DNA of 64,000 nucleotides from Bacillales bacterium (GTDB lineage Bacteria; Bacillota_I; Bacilli_A; Izemoplasmatales; UBA1188): NCBI GenBank assembly GCA_020633845.1, contig JACKCW010000003.1, positions 11,661 to 75,660 of the forward strand, read 5' to 3'. Shown piece by piece: positions 57,501 to 64,000 of this stretch (position 1 is its first letter; each line of letters starts with the position of its first letter). The notes under the pieces were generated by a model. It saw only the letters and a program-made list of their open reading frames with translations, ran no database searches and was not told where the DNA came from. The position numbers and the translations under genes were made by a program.

Positions 57501-57974
57501 AGCTATCATCAGTTTGGCGTAGTCATCAATATTATGACCATCGGTGCCATCAGTGTAGTAGCCGAGAATGTTCATCTTATTGTAGAACGCTTCCCAAAGT
57601 TCGCCGTCGGCTTCAGTATCCTCCTTTTTCTCATTTATTGTTTCTTCGTCTGTTGTTCCGTAAACGAGATAATTGATCTTCTCGTCGATTTCACTTTGAT
57701 CATCTATCGTGCTGATTACTGATGCCAGCAGATACTTGTCAAGAATCTCCTCGACAGTGCTCATCGGACTTGAGTAGAGAATGTTTTCCCATATATCTTC
57801 TTTAGTAACCTGATAAGTTTTACCTCCGTATGATCCCTCATACACGACGGCGTTCTTATCGGTAATATAATGGTTTTTCTCTCTCTGTTGATAAGCGTTT
57901 CCCACCAGTGCCAGAGCAACAACAAGGACAACTGAAAGGATTACGATCAAAACTCTTTTTCCATAATTACCCAT
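54570..57974 (-). CDS. giant acidic membrane-anchored paralogue of the downstream lipoprotein (PrsA/SurA-like ends)
   Basis: Start at 57974 (MGNYGKR) with a GGAG RBS and an N-terminal TM. The N-terminal YQVTKEDIWENIL...LDKYLL and C-terminal TSFGLHFIVG mirror the neighbouring gene. Confidence 0.65.
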   Translation of the reverse strand: MGNYGKRVLIVILSVVLVVALALVGNAYQQREKNHYITDKNAVVYEGSYGGKTYQVTKEDIWENILYSSPMSTVEEILDKYLLASVISTIDDQSEIDEKINYLVYGTTDEETINEKKEDTEADGELWEAFYNKMNILGYYTDGTDGHNIDDYAKLMIAYDEYARYRIENGLDVGSITPDVSDETILSEYEAEYADTIALVIKFYSEDDADTFLNLYHLAIVSSKIRYYIGDSEYVVDKDDDGNYYVNDDFSYPYLEQEVTYSDGTTGYEKVPNANVETDDDGNYVWNSELDAWEYSSTTVVSNVVSYEDCDSFTTKNTAILSADQVLSLYIEMYNDYYSQQRDSLETSVVLQNFIDAFDFTTSAGLINDADVITLNAALENYGLVLVTYTDSENNTVQEIRKYIGNDEYLVETVDGVAQGVNGFPTYKEDSTNEEYIPNYKIATDGDGNPILDSEDDFMYYLDNEGNIIANDSKLAIEDQTTFDLTNTIEASNAQLYSAFVQIYKDLTGVTWSSDYSTLMENTLSQITYNYDDLNAIREDLAKEIFETLTFGDTASGSYLATPTSYDGVQDSETPYYLIYKLSTSESSTPSESELAAYKEEKIQEYLDTTGFTTMAIAELRAEAGLKIYDEFFVYEYQSDIAYDEDDLAAGVDSDLYTDYYSMKKYVAKKLVELTKEVDVMGTTVSEISITPDDLYDYALEYSSASYISSACLNAVYFTLDAFEEIHGTSMNYLTSDNWKMEEYAETAEYYNYYYEYYKSIYASYGYDYYNSLNEFLYSYGARSFDDMVSSLERSTMRDVFIYNEMVGALDTTELTDYAKALFASDKFTTIFNDYYDVDISHLLIYMDLDEDGSPDDYDKFLASFDETTGESSVLKDASGNALTLSEFNTEINKLEKLLLDYVYSSDTNFASSSETILSDFITEYNESSREDGKYKEFKALGISLMYEDLGDVTNSTVSSYVEPFQEAVTKIAEKLERVDNDLLGYSIGDGLTETSFGLHFIVGLPGDNFDKTTFEISDPDSDYAEGSVNTSSSVSESQLALYMQQYVYNDIYGDTDDPEEQAGFEYPNLPTDLTDAFDTYYSDFMSIVLDESATYHSNYIMLLTLVNESSEYQSQFEALKDIYYSVLFGDLSD

Positions 57975-58169
57975 AAAATAAATCTCCTTATAAAGTCCAA
58001 GTATTATCTTACCATTAATGAATATTAATGACAACACAATTTTTATGAATATTGCGTGATACAGACGACCAATAAAATAAAAAAATATCTTCCTTTAGGA
58101 AGATTTGAAAGTGTTGAAATTTACAAATAACCGCATATGCTCTATGATATAAGAAGCATAGGTGAATGT

Positions 58170-58955
58170 ATGAAATTTTCAGTACTTGGCAGTTCTTCCG
58201 GAGGTAATGCAACTTACCTCGAACACAACGGGAAAAAATATTTAATAGATTGCGGATTCGGAATTAGATATATCTTATCTAGAATGAATGATTTGAATAT
58301 CAAGGCTGACCACTTGGACGGCATTTTCATCTCTCATGAACATTCCGATCATATCGCCGGCCTTTCCTCGGTTTCTAACCATTTTAATTCCCCGATATTT
58401 ATGTCAAAAAAGACATATAAAGGATTACGGTTTGAAGAAAAAGAAAAAATCTCCCCAATCCTTTTATCTTTTTTTAATTCCGGTGAAGAATTTACTACCG
58501 ATTCTCTTAAGGTATTTCCCTTTCCGGTATCGCATGACGCTTCCGATCCGGTCGGTTTTAAGTTCACGGACGAGAATGAAAAAACGCTTGTATACTTAAC
58601 TGATACCGGATGTTTTATTTCTTATGATAAAATATCCAATGCGGACGCCTATATAATTGAATCCAACCACGAGCCGGAGATGCTTCTTTTAAGCAACAGG
58701 CCGTGGGTATTAAAAAACCGCATTTTATCTGATTCTGGGCATTTATCCAATGATGACAGTGCTAAAACCTTCGGTTCTCTTATGGGAGATAAAACGAAGT
58801 TGGCCGTTCTTTTTCATTTATCAAATGAATGTAACACGAAAGAGCTTGCTACCCTAGCCTATGAGAATTATTTTCATAAATTCCCGGAAAAAGGGAAAAA
58901 TGTAACTTTAAAAGTATCTTCCAAAAATCATCCGACGGAAATTTTTGAGGTATAA
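58170..58955 (+). CDS. MBL-fold metallo-hydrolase (YycJ/WalJ-like)
   Basis: MKFSVLGSSSGGNATY N-terminus and the HEHSDH motif. Confidence 0.8.
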   Translation: MKFSVLGSSSGGNATYLEHNGKKYLIDCGFGIRYILSRMNDLNIKADHLDGIFISHEHSDHIAGLSSVSNHFNSPIFMSKKTYKGLRFEEKEKISPILLSFFNSGEEFTTDSLKVFPFPVSHDASDPVGFKFTDENEKTLVYLTDTGCFISYDKISNADAYIIESNHEPEMLLLSNRPWVLKNRILSDSGHLSNDDSAKTFGSLMGDKTKLAVLFHLSNECNTKELATLAYENYFHKFPEKGKNVTLKVSSKNHPTEIFEV

Positions 58956-58956
58956 A

Positions 58957-59838
58957 ATGAAAGATATCAATCTTTTTCAGGAAAATAAAATTAAAAGGCT
59001 TTTAGCTGAATCTCTACCCATTGATATAAACAATATTCATTATGTCAAAAGAATTATCGGCGGTATGAGCAATAAAACCTATCTTTTTTCTTGCGGAAAA
59101 GAGGAATACAGCGTTCATATAAGCGATAAATTAGGAGACGACTTTGTTTCAAGGGATGCGGAAAGAGAAGCGTTTCATATCTTATCCCTATCAGGGATTG
59201 TACCGGAAGCGGTTTATCTAAATGAAAAAGATAATCGATACAGAATCTTTAAATACATTCCGGGCAGCGCTTTAGATAAACTGGACTATAAAAAATATTA
59301 TTTTGAGATTGCCGAATCTTTTCATATTCTTCATTCGGCTAAATTACTGAGTAAAAATTACGAACCGTTTGTTAAAATATATGACTTAAAAGATAAAGTA
59401 AAAGAAGAAAAAGATCCCTTGTTCTTTGAAGTCTTTTCTCTTCTTGAAAATAGAAAAAAAGACCTGGAAAACCGGCCTCTTTATTTCTGCCACAACGACT
59501 CTCAACCCTCAAACTTAATCTTGGGCGATAATAACAAAGTTTATGTGATTGATTTCGAATTTGCCGGAAACAACGACTATTTATACGATATCGCGACTTT
59601 CGGTAATCTAGACTTTACCGACAGTATAAATATGCTAAAAATCTATAAAGAAGATGCATCAGAAGAGGAATACGAGTATCTAAAATTATGGCGATTATTT
59701 ATTAATCTTCAATGGTACTTGGTGGCTTTAATTAAACATGAAACCGGCTTTGACGAACGGCTTAAAATCAATTTTAAAGATGTCGCCGAATTCTTTTTAA
59801 AATCCTGTATACCAATATTCGAAGAAATAAAAAAATAG
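58957..59838 (+). CDS. choline/ethanolamine kinase-like phosphotransferase (APH fold)
   Basis: Brenner motif CHNDSQPSNLIL and VIDFEFAGNNDYLYDIA. Confidence 0.75.
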   Translation: MKDINLFQENKIKRLLAESLPIDINNIHYVKRIIGGMSNKTYLFSCGKEEYSVHISDKLGDDFVSRDAEREAFHILSLSGIVPEAVYLNEKDNRYRIFKYIPGSALDKLDYKKYYFEIAESFHILHSAKLLSKNYEPFVKIYDLKDKVKEEKDPLFFEVFSLLENRKKDLENRPLYFCHNDSQPSNLILGDNNKVYVIDFEFAGNNDYLYDIATFGNLDFTDSINMLKIYKEDASEEEYEYLKLWRLFINLQWYLVALIKHETGFDERLKINFKDVAEFFLKSCIPIFEEIKK

Positions 59839-59948
59839 AGCGCCGAGCGCTCTATTTTTTCTATTCTAGAAATACTGCTGCCATGCTTGAACAGTTATTA
59901 TCATTGAGATTATATAGGATACTGAAGAAACGACAATTCCAACAATGT

Positions 59949-60191
59949 TTAGGGTTTTAGAATCCTTGCTGTCGGCTTTTTTGCTCTAGAAAGACCAATT
60001 CCTCCGCAAATCCATCCGGCAAGCGGAACAAATATGCCGGCGATAATCGACGCAACTCCCAGTTTGTGACCATCGTCTACTGGTTTACTATCTTCAGCAA
60101 CAGATTTACCTTCTTTAAGAGGGCATCCGCAATGAGGACAAACAACTGCCTCTTCCATAACTTCAGCACCGCAATAAGTACAATACTTCAT
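59949..60191 (-). CDS. zinc-ribbon domain membrane protein
   Basis: CTYCGAE...CPHCGCP zinc ribbon followed by a TM segment GIFVPLAGWICGGIGL. Confidence 0.6.
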   Translation of the reverse strand: MKYCTYCGAEVMEEAVVCPHCGCPLKEGKSVAEDSKPVDDGHKLGVASIIAGIFVPLAGWICGGIGLSRAKKPTARILKP

Positions 60192-60278
60192 TCTTTTTCT
60201 CTCCTTTTATATATTTAAAATGTTGTTACAGAATAATTATACGCACAATGTAAAAATATACAATAAAGTTTTTGAAAA

Positions 60279-60620
60279 TTAAGTTGAATACATGCCCAGA
60301 AAAACCACTATAAAAAATACAATGCAAACAATAACTTCGATAACGAAACCGCCGGAAGCCACGGAAAGACCGATAATATTTAAAGTTTTTGCGTGCTTAT
60401 TGTCGGCTTTTTTTGCAAAGTCCAGCCCTATTGCTCCGCATATCCAAGAAGCTATCGGGCAAAATAAAGCGGTAACTATCGCGACAATTCCGAGAGTCTC
60501 GCCGTTATTTTCGGTTTTTTTATTTTGTTGAAGGCTGAAGTTGGATTTTACCGGACACCCGCAATGAGGGCAAACGACCGCTTCATCATTTATTTCGACT
60601 CCACAGTAAGTGCAAAACAT
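60279..60620 (-). CDS. zinc-ribbon domain membrane protein (paralogue)
   Basis: CTYCGVE...CPHCGCP plus ALFCPIASWICGAIGL and an extra C-terminal TM. Confidence 0.6.
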   Translation of the reverse strand: MFCTYCGVEINDEAVVCPHCGCPVKSNFSLQQNKKTENNGETLGIVAIVTALFCPIASWICGAIGLDFAKKADNKHAKTLNIIGLSVASGGFVIEVIVCIVFFIVVFLGMYST

Positions 60621-60674
60621 GTTATTTCACCATTCCTTCTATCTCGATTGTAACACCAATTAAGCGAAATGTTT

Positions 60675-61850
60675 CTATTTAATTAATTTATTTACTGTCA
60701 AATCCATTCCGAGGGCGCCAAGAGGCGATGTAAACAAAATAGAAATAACGGCGATGGATAAAATAAGTTCTCCGCCCGGAATCCCCATTGCCATAGGAAT
60801 GGCGCCGATGGCAGCCTGAACGGTAGCCTTCGGTATATATGATATAACAGTAAAAAGTTTTTCGTTTTTATTTAAATTAGTGCCGATTAAAGAAAGATAT
60901 ACTCCGGCAGAACGGAAAACAAGAACGATAACGATAAGTAAAATGCCGAGTCCTAAATTACTGAAGAAATAATTCAAATCGACCGAAGCGCCGACTAAGA
61001 CAAAAAGCATAATATCGGCCACCAGCCACAGTTTGGAATATTTAGATGATAATCTTTCCGCAAGCGGCGCGTTTTTTGCAAGAATCGTAATACCGATAGT
61101 CATAGATGCCAGAAGACCTGAGAATCCGACTATTCCTTCTAAAAGAACTTCGAGTCCGTAAAGCCCGAAAGCGAATCCGCATATTATCATAACTTTAACA
61201 CTATCTCTAATATGTATTTTTTTAAATAGCCAGGAAAGAAGAAGACCAATAGCAACCCCGGCTCCAATTCCGAGGATTATTGAAAGCGGAACATCGATGA
61301 AAGTCATAACGCCAAGCGAACCGCCGGTGGCGACAGTAGTAAGCGCCGTAAAGATAACAATCATGGCCACATCATCAAGAGAAGAACCCGCAATAATCAA
61401 TTGCGGTATCCCTTTCTTAACTCCTTGTCCCTTTTCAATCATTTCCAGCATTTTAGGCACAACTACCGCCGGACTAACAGCCCCCAGGACGCTTCCTAAA
61501 ATAAAGGCGTCAAGATAAGAAATATCAAAAAAGAGCGGCGCAATTAAGCCGACGGCGACCATTTCTAAAATGGCCGGCACAAAACACATAAGAACAGCCG
61601 GTCTTCCTATCCGCTTTAAATCTTTAAGATTAAGCGAAAGACCGGCTCTGATAAGAATAAATATAAGAGCTATTTCTCCCAACTCCGAAGAAATATCCAA
61701 AATCCCGTTATCAATTAAATTAAGACAATAAGGGCCGATAACGATGCCGATTAAAAGATAACCGATTAAGCTTGGGATTCTGATCTTTTCAAATAAAAAC
61801 GAACAGAATACTCCCAAAATCAAAATCAGAAAAAGACTAATGAAAAACAT
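60675..61850 (-). CDS. cation:proton antiporter (CPA family)
   Basis: 391 aa with about 11-12 TM and a Na+/H+ exchanger-like pattern. Confidence 0.75.
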   Translation of the reverse strand: MFFISLFLILILGVFCSFLFEKIRIPSLIGYLLIGIVIGPYCLNLIDNGILDISSELGEIALIFILIRAGLSLNLKDLKRIGRPAVLMCFVPAILEMVAVGLIAPLFFDISYLDAFILGSVLGAVSPAVVVPKMLEMIEKGQGVKKGIPQLIIAGSSLDDVAMIVIFTALTTVATGGSLGVMTFIDVPLSIILGIGAGVAIGLLLSWLFKKIHIRDSVKVMIICGFAFGLYGLEVLLEGIVGFSGLLASMTIGITILAKNAPLAERLSSKYSKLWLVADIMLFVLVGASVDLNYFFSNLGLGILLIVIVLVFRSAGVYLSLIGTNLNKNEKLFTVISYIPKATVQAAIGAIPMAMGIPGGELILSIAVISILFTSPLGALGMDLTVNKLIK

Positions 61851-61987
61851 AAAATACCCCCGGTGCTAGAATCTTTTAAGATAGAAAAACTTAGTCAAAA
61901 GCTTTGGGTGAAACACTATTTTTTTATCTATTTTATTTCCGGGTCAAATTATAACACAGTATGATAAAAAGTCAAAAAAACGATAAG

Positions 61988-62812
61988 TTAGGCAAAATTC
62001 TTCACTTCTTCCTCATTAATCTTGTGGTATTTTTTCCAAACCATAACGGCCGGAATAACACATAAAAGACTCGCTAAGGTAATGATTGTTTCAACTAGAT
62101 AAATATTATTCAGTTTAGCGGCTAAAACGACAGTTATGAAATCCAAGAGGAAATGAAGAAGGATAGCAAGCGGGAAAAGGAAAGCATGCTTTTTATCTTT
62201 CACGCTAAACCAGACAAGAACTGAGGCAGAAAGATGGAAGATAACCGCTGAAATTCTCTCCCAGATGGACAAAAGAAAATTATAAGGGTCGGTAGATGAA
62301 AGGACAATCGCAATATGAGTAAGCTGGGTTTTAAGAGTAGAGTCGGTCATATTATCAATAATAGAAGAATATATTCCGGTATTAATTAATATGGCGATGG
62401 CGAGATAGGAAATGATGGAAAAAAACAGAACAAGCATTACTTCACATCCGGCGTGTCCAGCTCCATACATCAGTGCATTTTTATCATTGTTCATATATTT
62501 TTTCAAAATAAATCTCATAATGATATACCGTCCGCCCTCTTCAAAAACTGCGGCCATCAGCCCGCCGATTAATCCGTTTAGCCAAGGGTTTGAGACGATA
62601 TAAACACCAGTATCGCCATAATAAATTATGGAATTAAGGCCGCCCTCTAAAATGGATGAAAAAAGAAAGAACCCGGCAAAAGCGATAAAAAATACCGCAA
62701 TGCTGGCTTTAAATTTCTTGTGGAAAATTAATAGCATTAAAAGCGGAATCAAAACCCCGCATAGAATATCTATTACCATAAAGATAATTGATAAACTTGG
62801 TACATTATTCAT
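61988..62812 (-). CDS. YhfC family intramembrane metalloprotease
   Basis: FEEGGRY (EExxR) and GAGHAGCE motifs within a 7-8 TM protein. Confidence 0.7.
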   Translation of the reverse strand: MNNVPSLSIIFMVIDILCGVLIPLLMLLIFHKKFKASIAVFFIAFAGFFLFSSILEGGLNSIIYYGDTGVYIVSNPWLNGLIGGLMAAVFEEGGRYIIMRFILKKYMNNDKNALMYGAGHAGCEVMLVLFFSIISYLAIAILINTGIYSSIIDNMTDSTLKTQLTHIAIVLSSTDPYNFLLSIWERISAVIFHLSASVLVWFSVKDKKHAFLFPLAILLHFLLDFITVVLAAKLNNIYLVETIITLASLLCVIPAVMVWKKYHKINEEEVKNFA

Positions 62813-62951
62813 TAAATAGTCCTCCCGCTTAAGAAACTTTACTTTAAGTATAATACATTATAGTTTATTCATAAGACAATATCAAAAAAAGACCAGTGCA
62901 AAAAAATGCATAAAAAAACTTCCAATCAATGGAAGCTATTTCATAGTCTGA

Positions 62952-63025
62952 TGGAGCAGGTGATGAGAATCGAACTCACATAGTCAGCTTGGAAGGCTGA
63001 TATTCTACCATTGAACTACACCTGC
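62952..63025 (-). tRNA. tRNA-Gly (anticodon UCC)
   Basis: The reverse complement reads GCAGGTGTAGTTCAATGGTAGAATATCAGCCTTCCAAGCTGACTATGTGAGTTCGATTCTCATCACCTGCTCCA. Anticodon loop CTTCCAA, encoded CCA. Confidence 0.85.
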
Positions 63026-63154
63026 AAAGGCATAATAATTTTAACACTTGGATTTTTTTAAGTCAAGTTATTTCATATAGGGTATTCTGCTTATTATGTG
63101 GTATAATTTTATCGAATATAATTTAAGACAATTTATAAGTAAAAAGAGGAAAAT

Positions 63155-64000
63155 ATGAATAAAAAAACTCAAGATTTAATTAAACAAATGACTATCGAAG
63201 AAAAACTTAAGTTTTTACGTGGCGCCGGTTTTTGGCATTTTGAAGGTTTAGAAAGACTATCTATTCCATCCATCTGCGTGCAAGACGGTCCACACGGGCT
63301 TAGAAAAGTAACCGTAGGCGGATCTTCGGAATCGGTCCCTTCCGTTTGTTTCCCGACGGCATCGTCTTCGGCTTGTTCTTTTGATACTGATTTAATTAAA
63401 AAAATGGGAAATATGCTCGCAAGAGAATGCGCTCATAACGGCGTCAATATTATTTTAGGCCCGGGCGCCAATCACAAAAGAAGTCCTTTGTGCGGCAGAA
63501 ACTTTGAATATTTCAGCGAAGATCCGGTTTTATCGGGCAAAATAACAGCTTCTTACATAAATGGTATGCAGGAAGAAGGTATCGGTACTTCTTTAAAACA
63601 TTTTGCGTGTAATTCTCAAGAATACTATAGAATCACTTGTGATTCGATAGTTGATAAAAGAGCTTTACACGAAATATATTTAAAACAATACGAAATAGCC
63701 GTAAAAGAGGCACAGCCGACTACTATTATGACCTCTTATAATAAAATAAATGGCATTTATTCTTCCGAAAACCATTATTTGATGGAAGAAGTGGCGCGAA
63801 ATAAATGGGGATATAAAGGTCTTTTTATCAGCGACTGGGGCGCTAACGCTTCTATTGCCCCATCTTATGAAGCTGGTTTAAATATTGAAATGCCGGGTGT
63901 GGTTGGAGCATACGAAAATCTCATAAAAGAAAATGCAGATGGTAGATTAAAAGAAGAGATTATTGATAAAGCGGTGGCACCGATTATTGACCTATCTTTT
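63155..64000 (+). CDS. glycoside hydrolase family 3 beta-glucosidase (3' end outside window)
   Basis: My own translation gives MNKKTQDLIKQMTIEEKLKFLRGAGFWHFEGLERLSIPSICVQDGPHGLRKV..., and later GLFISDWGA (the GH3 nucleophile SDW motif). Open to the window end. Confidence 0.85.
   Translation, partial: MNKKTQDLIKQMTIEEKLKFLRGAGFWHFEGLERLSIPSICVQDGPHGLRKVTVGGSSESVPSVCFPTASSSACSFDTDLIKKMGNMLARECAHNGVNIILGPGANHKRSPLCGRNFEYFSEDPVLSGKITASYINGMQEEGIGTSLKHFACNSQEYYRITCDSIVDKRALHEIYLKQYEIAVKEAQPTTIMTSYNKINGIYSSENHYLMEEVARNKWGYKGLFISDWGANASIAPSYEAGLNIEMPGVVGAYENLIKENADGRLKEEIIDKAVAPIIDLSF

Overview
Low-GC monoderm chromosome segment (Bacillota/Mollicutes-like; Acholeplasma- or Erysipelotrichia-like gene content). 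It uses genetic code 11, since TGA acts as a stop. Most of the window is housekeeping backbone. From 1-19.1 kb: FtsX permease, H+-PPase, a tRNA-Arg/Pro/Cys cluster, def, MATE, priA, fmt, pgpA-like, metK, yidD, GNAT, hydrolase, ytxK-like and ackA. From 34-64 kb: T-box-controlled ileS, rpsP, KH protein, DUF523, Gx-transporter/NusG_II, apbE, yigZ, cca, pulA, yhaM, two giant acidic PrsA-like surface proteins, MBL hydrolase, choline kinase-like, antiporter, YhfC protease, tRNA-Gly and a GH3 glucosidase. Two visibly more AT-rich insertions interrupt this backbone. (1) A single 732-aa GHKL (MORC/Hsp90-type) ATPase sits directly downstream of the tRNA cluster (3.6-6.0 kb). (2) A ~14.8 kb accessory island (19.1-34.0 kb) carries the most interesting candidate system. 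It has a small TcdR/UviA-like sigma factor, transcribed divergently from two orphan holin-type genes with no endolysin. The sigma gene is followed by two paralogous genes with a degenerate-Fic-like N-terminus and an MNT nucleotidyltransferase C-terminus. Next come a 2235-aa Rhs/YD-repeat polymorphic toxin with no recognisable secretion signal, its immunity gene, two orphan rhs C-terminal toxin/immunity cassettes (one decayed) and an IS3-family scar. All three transcription units of the core module carry the same sequence block (TTGTTTTT-N12/13-TCTCyTTATAT) just upstream of their ribosome-binding sites. I interpret the island as a sigma-controlled, possibly holin-exported (T10SS-like) Rhs toxin locus. 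That is inference from sequence motifs only; no database search was possible.
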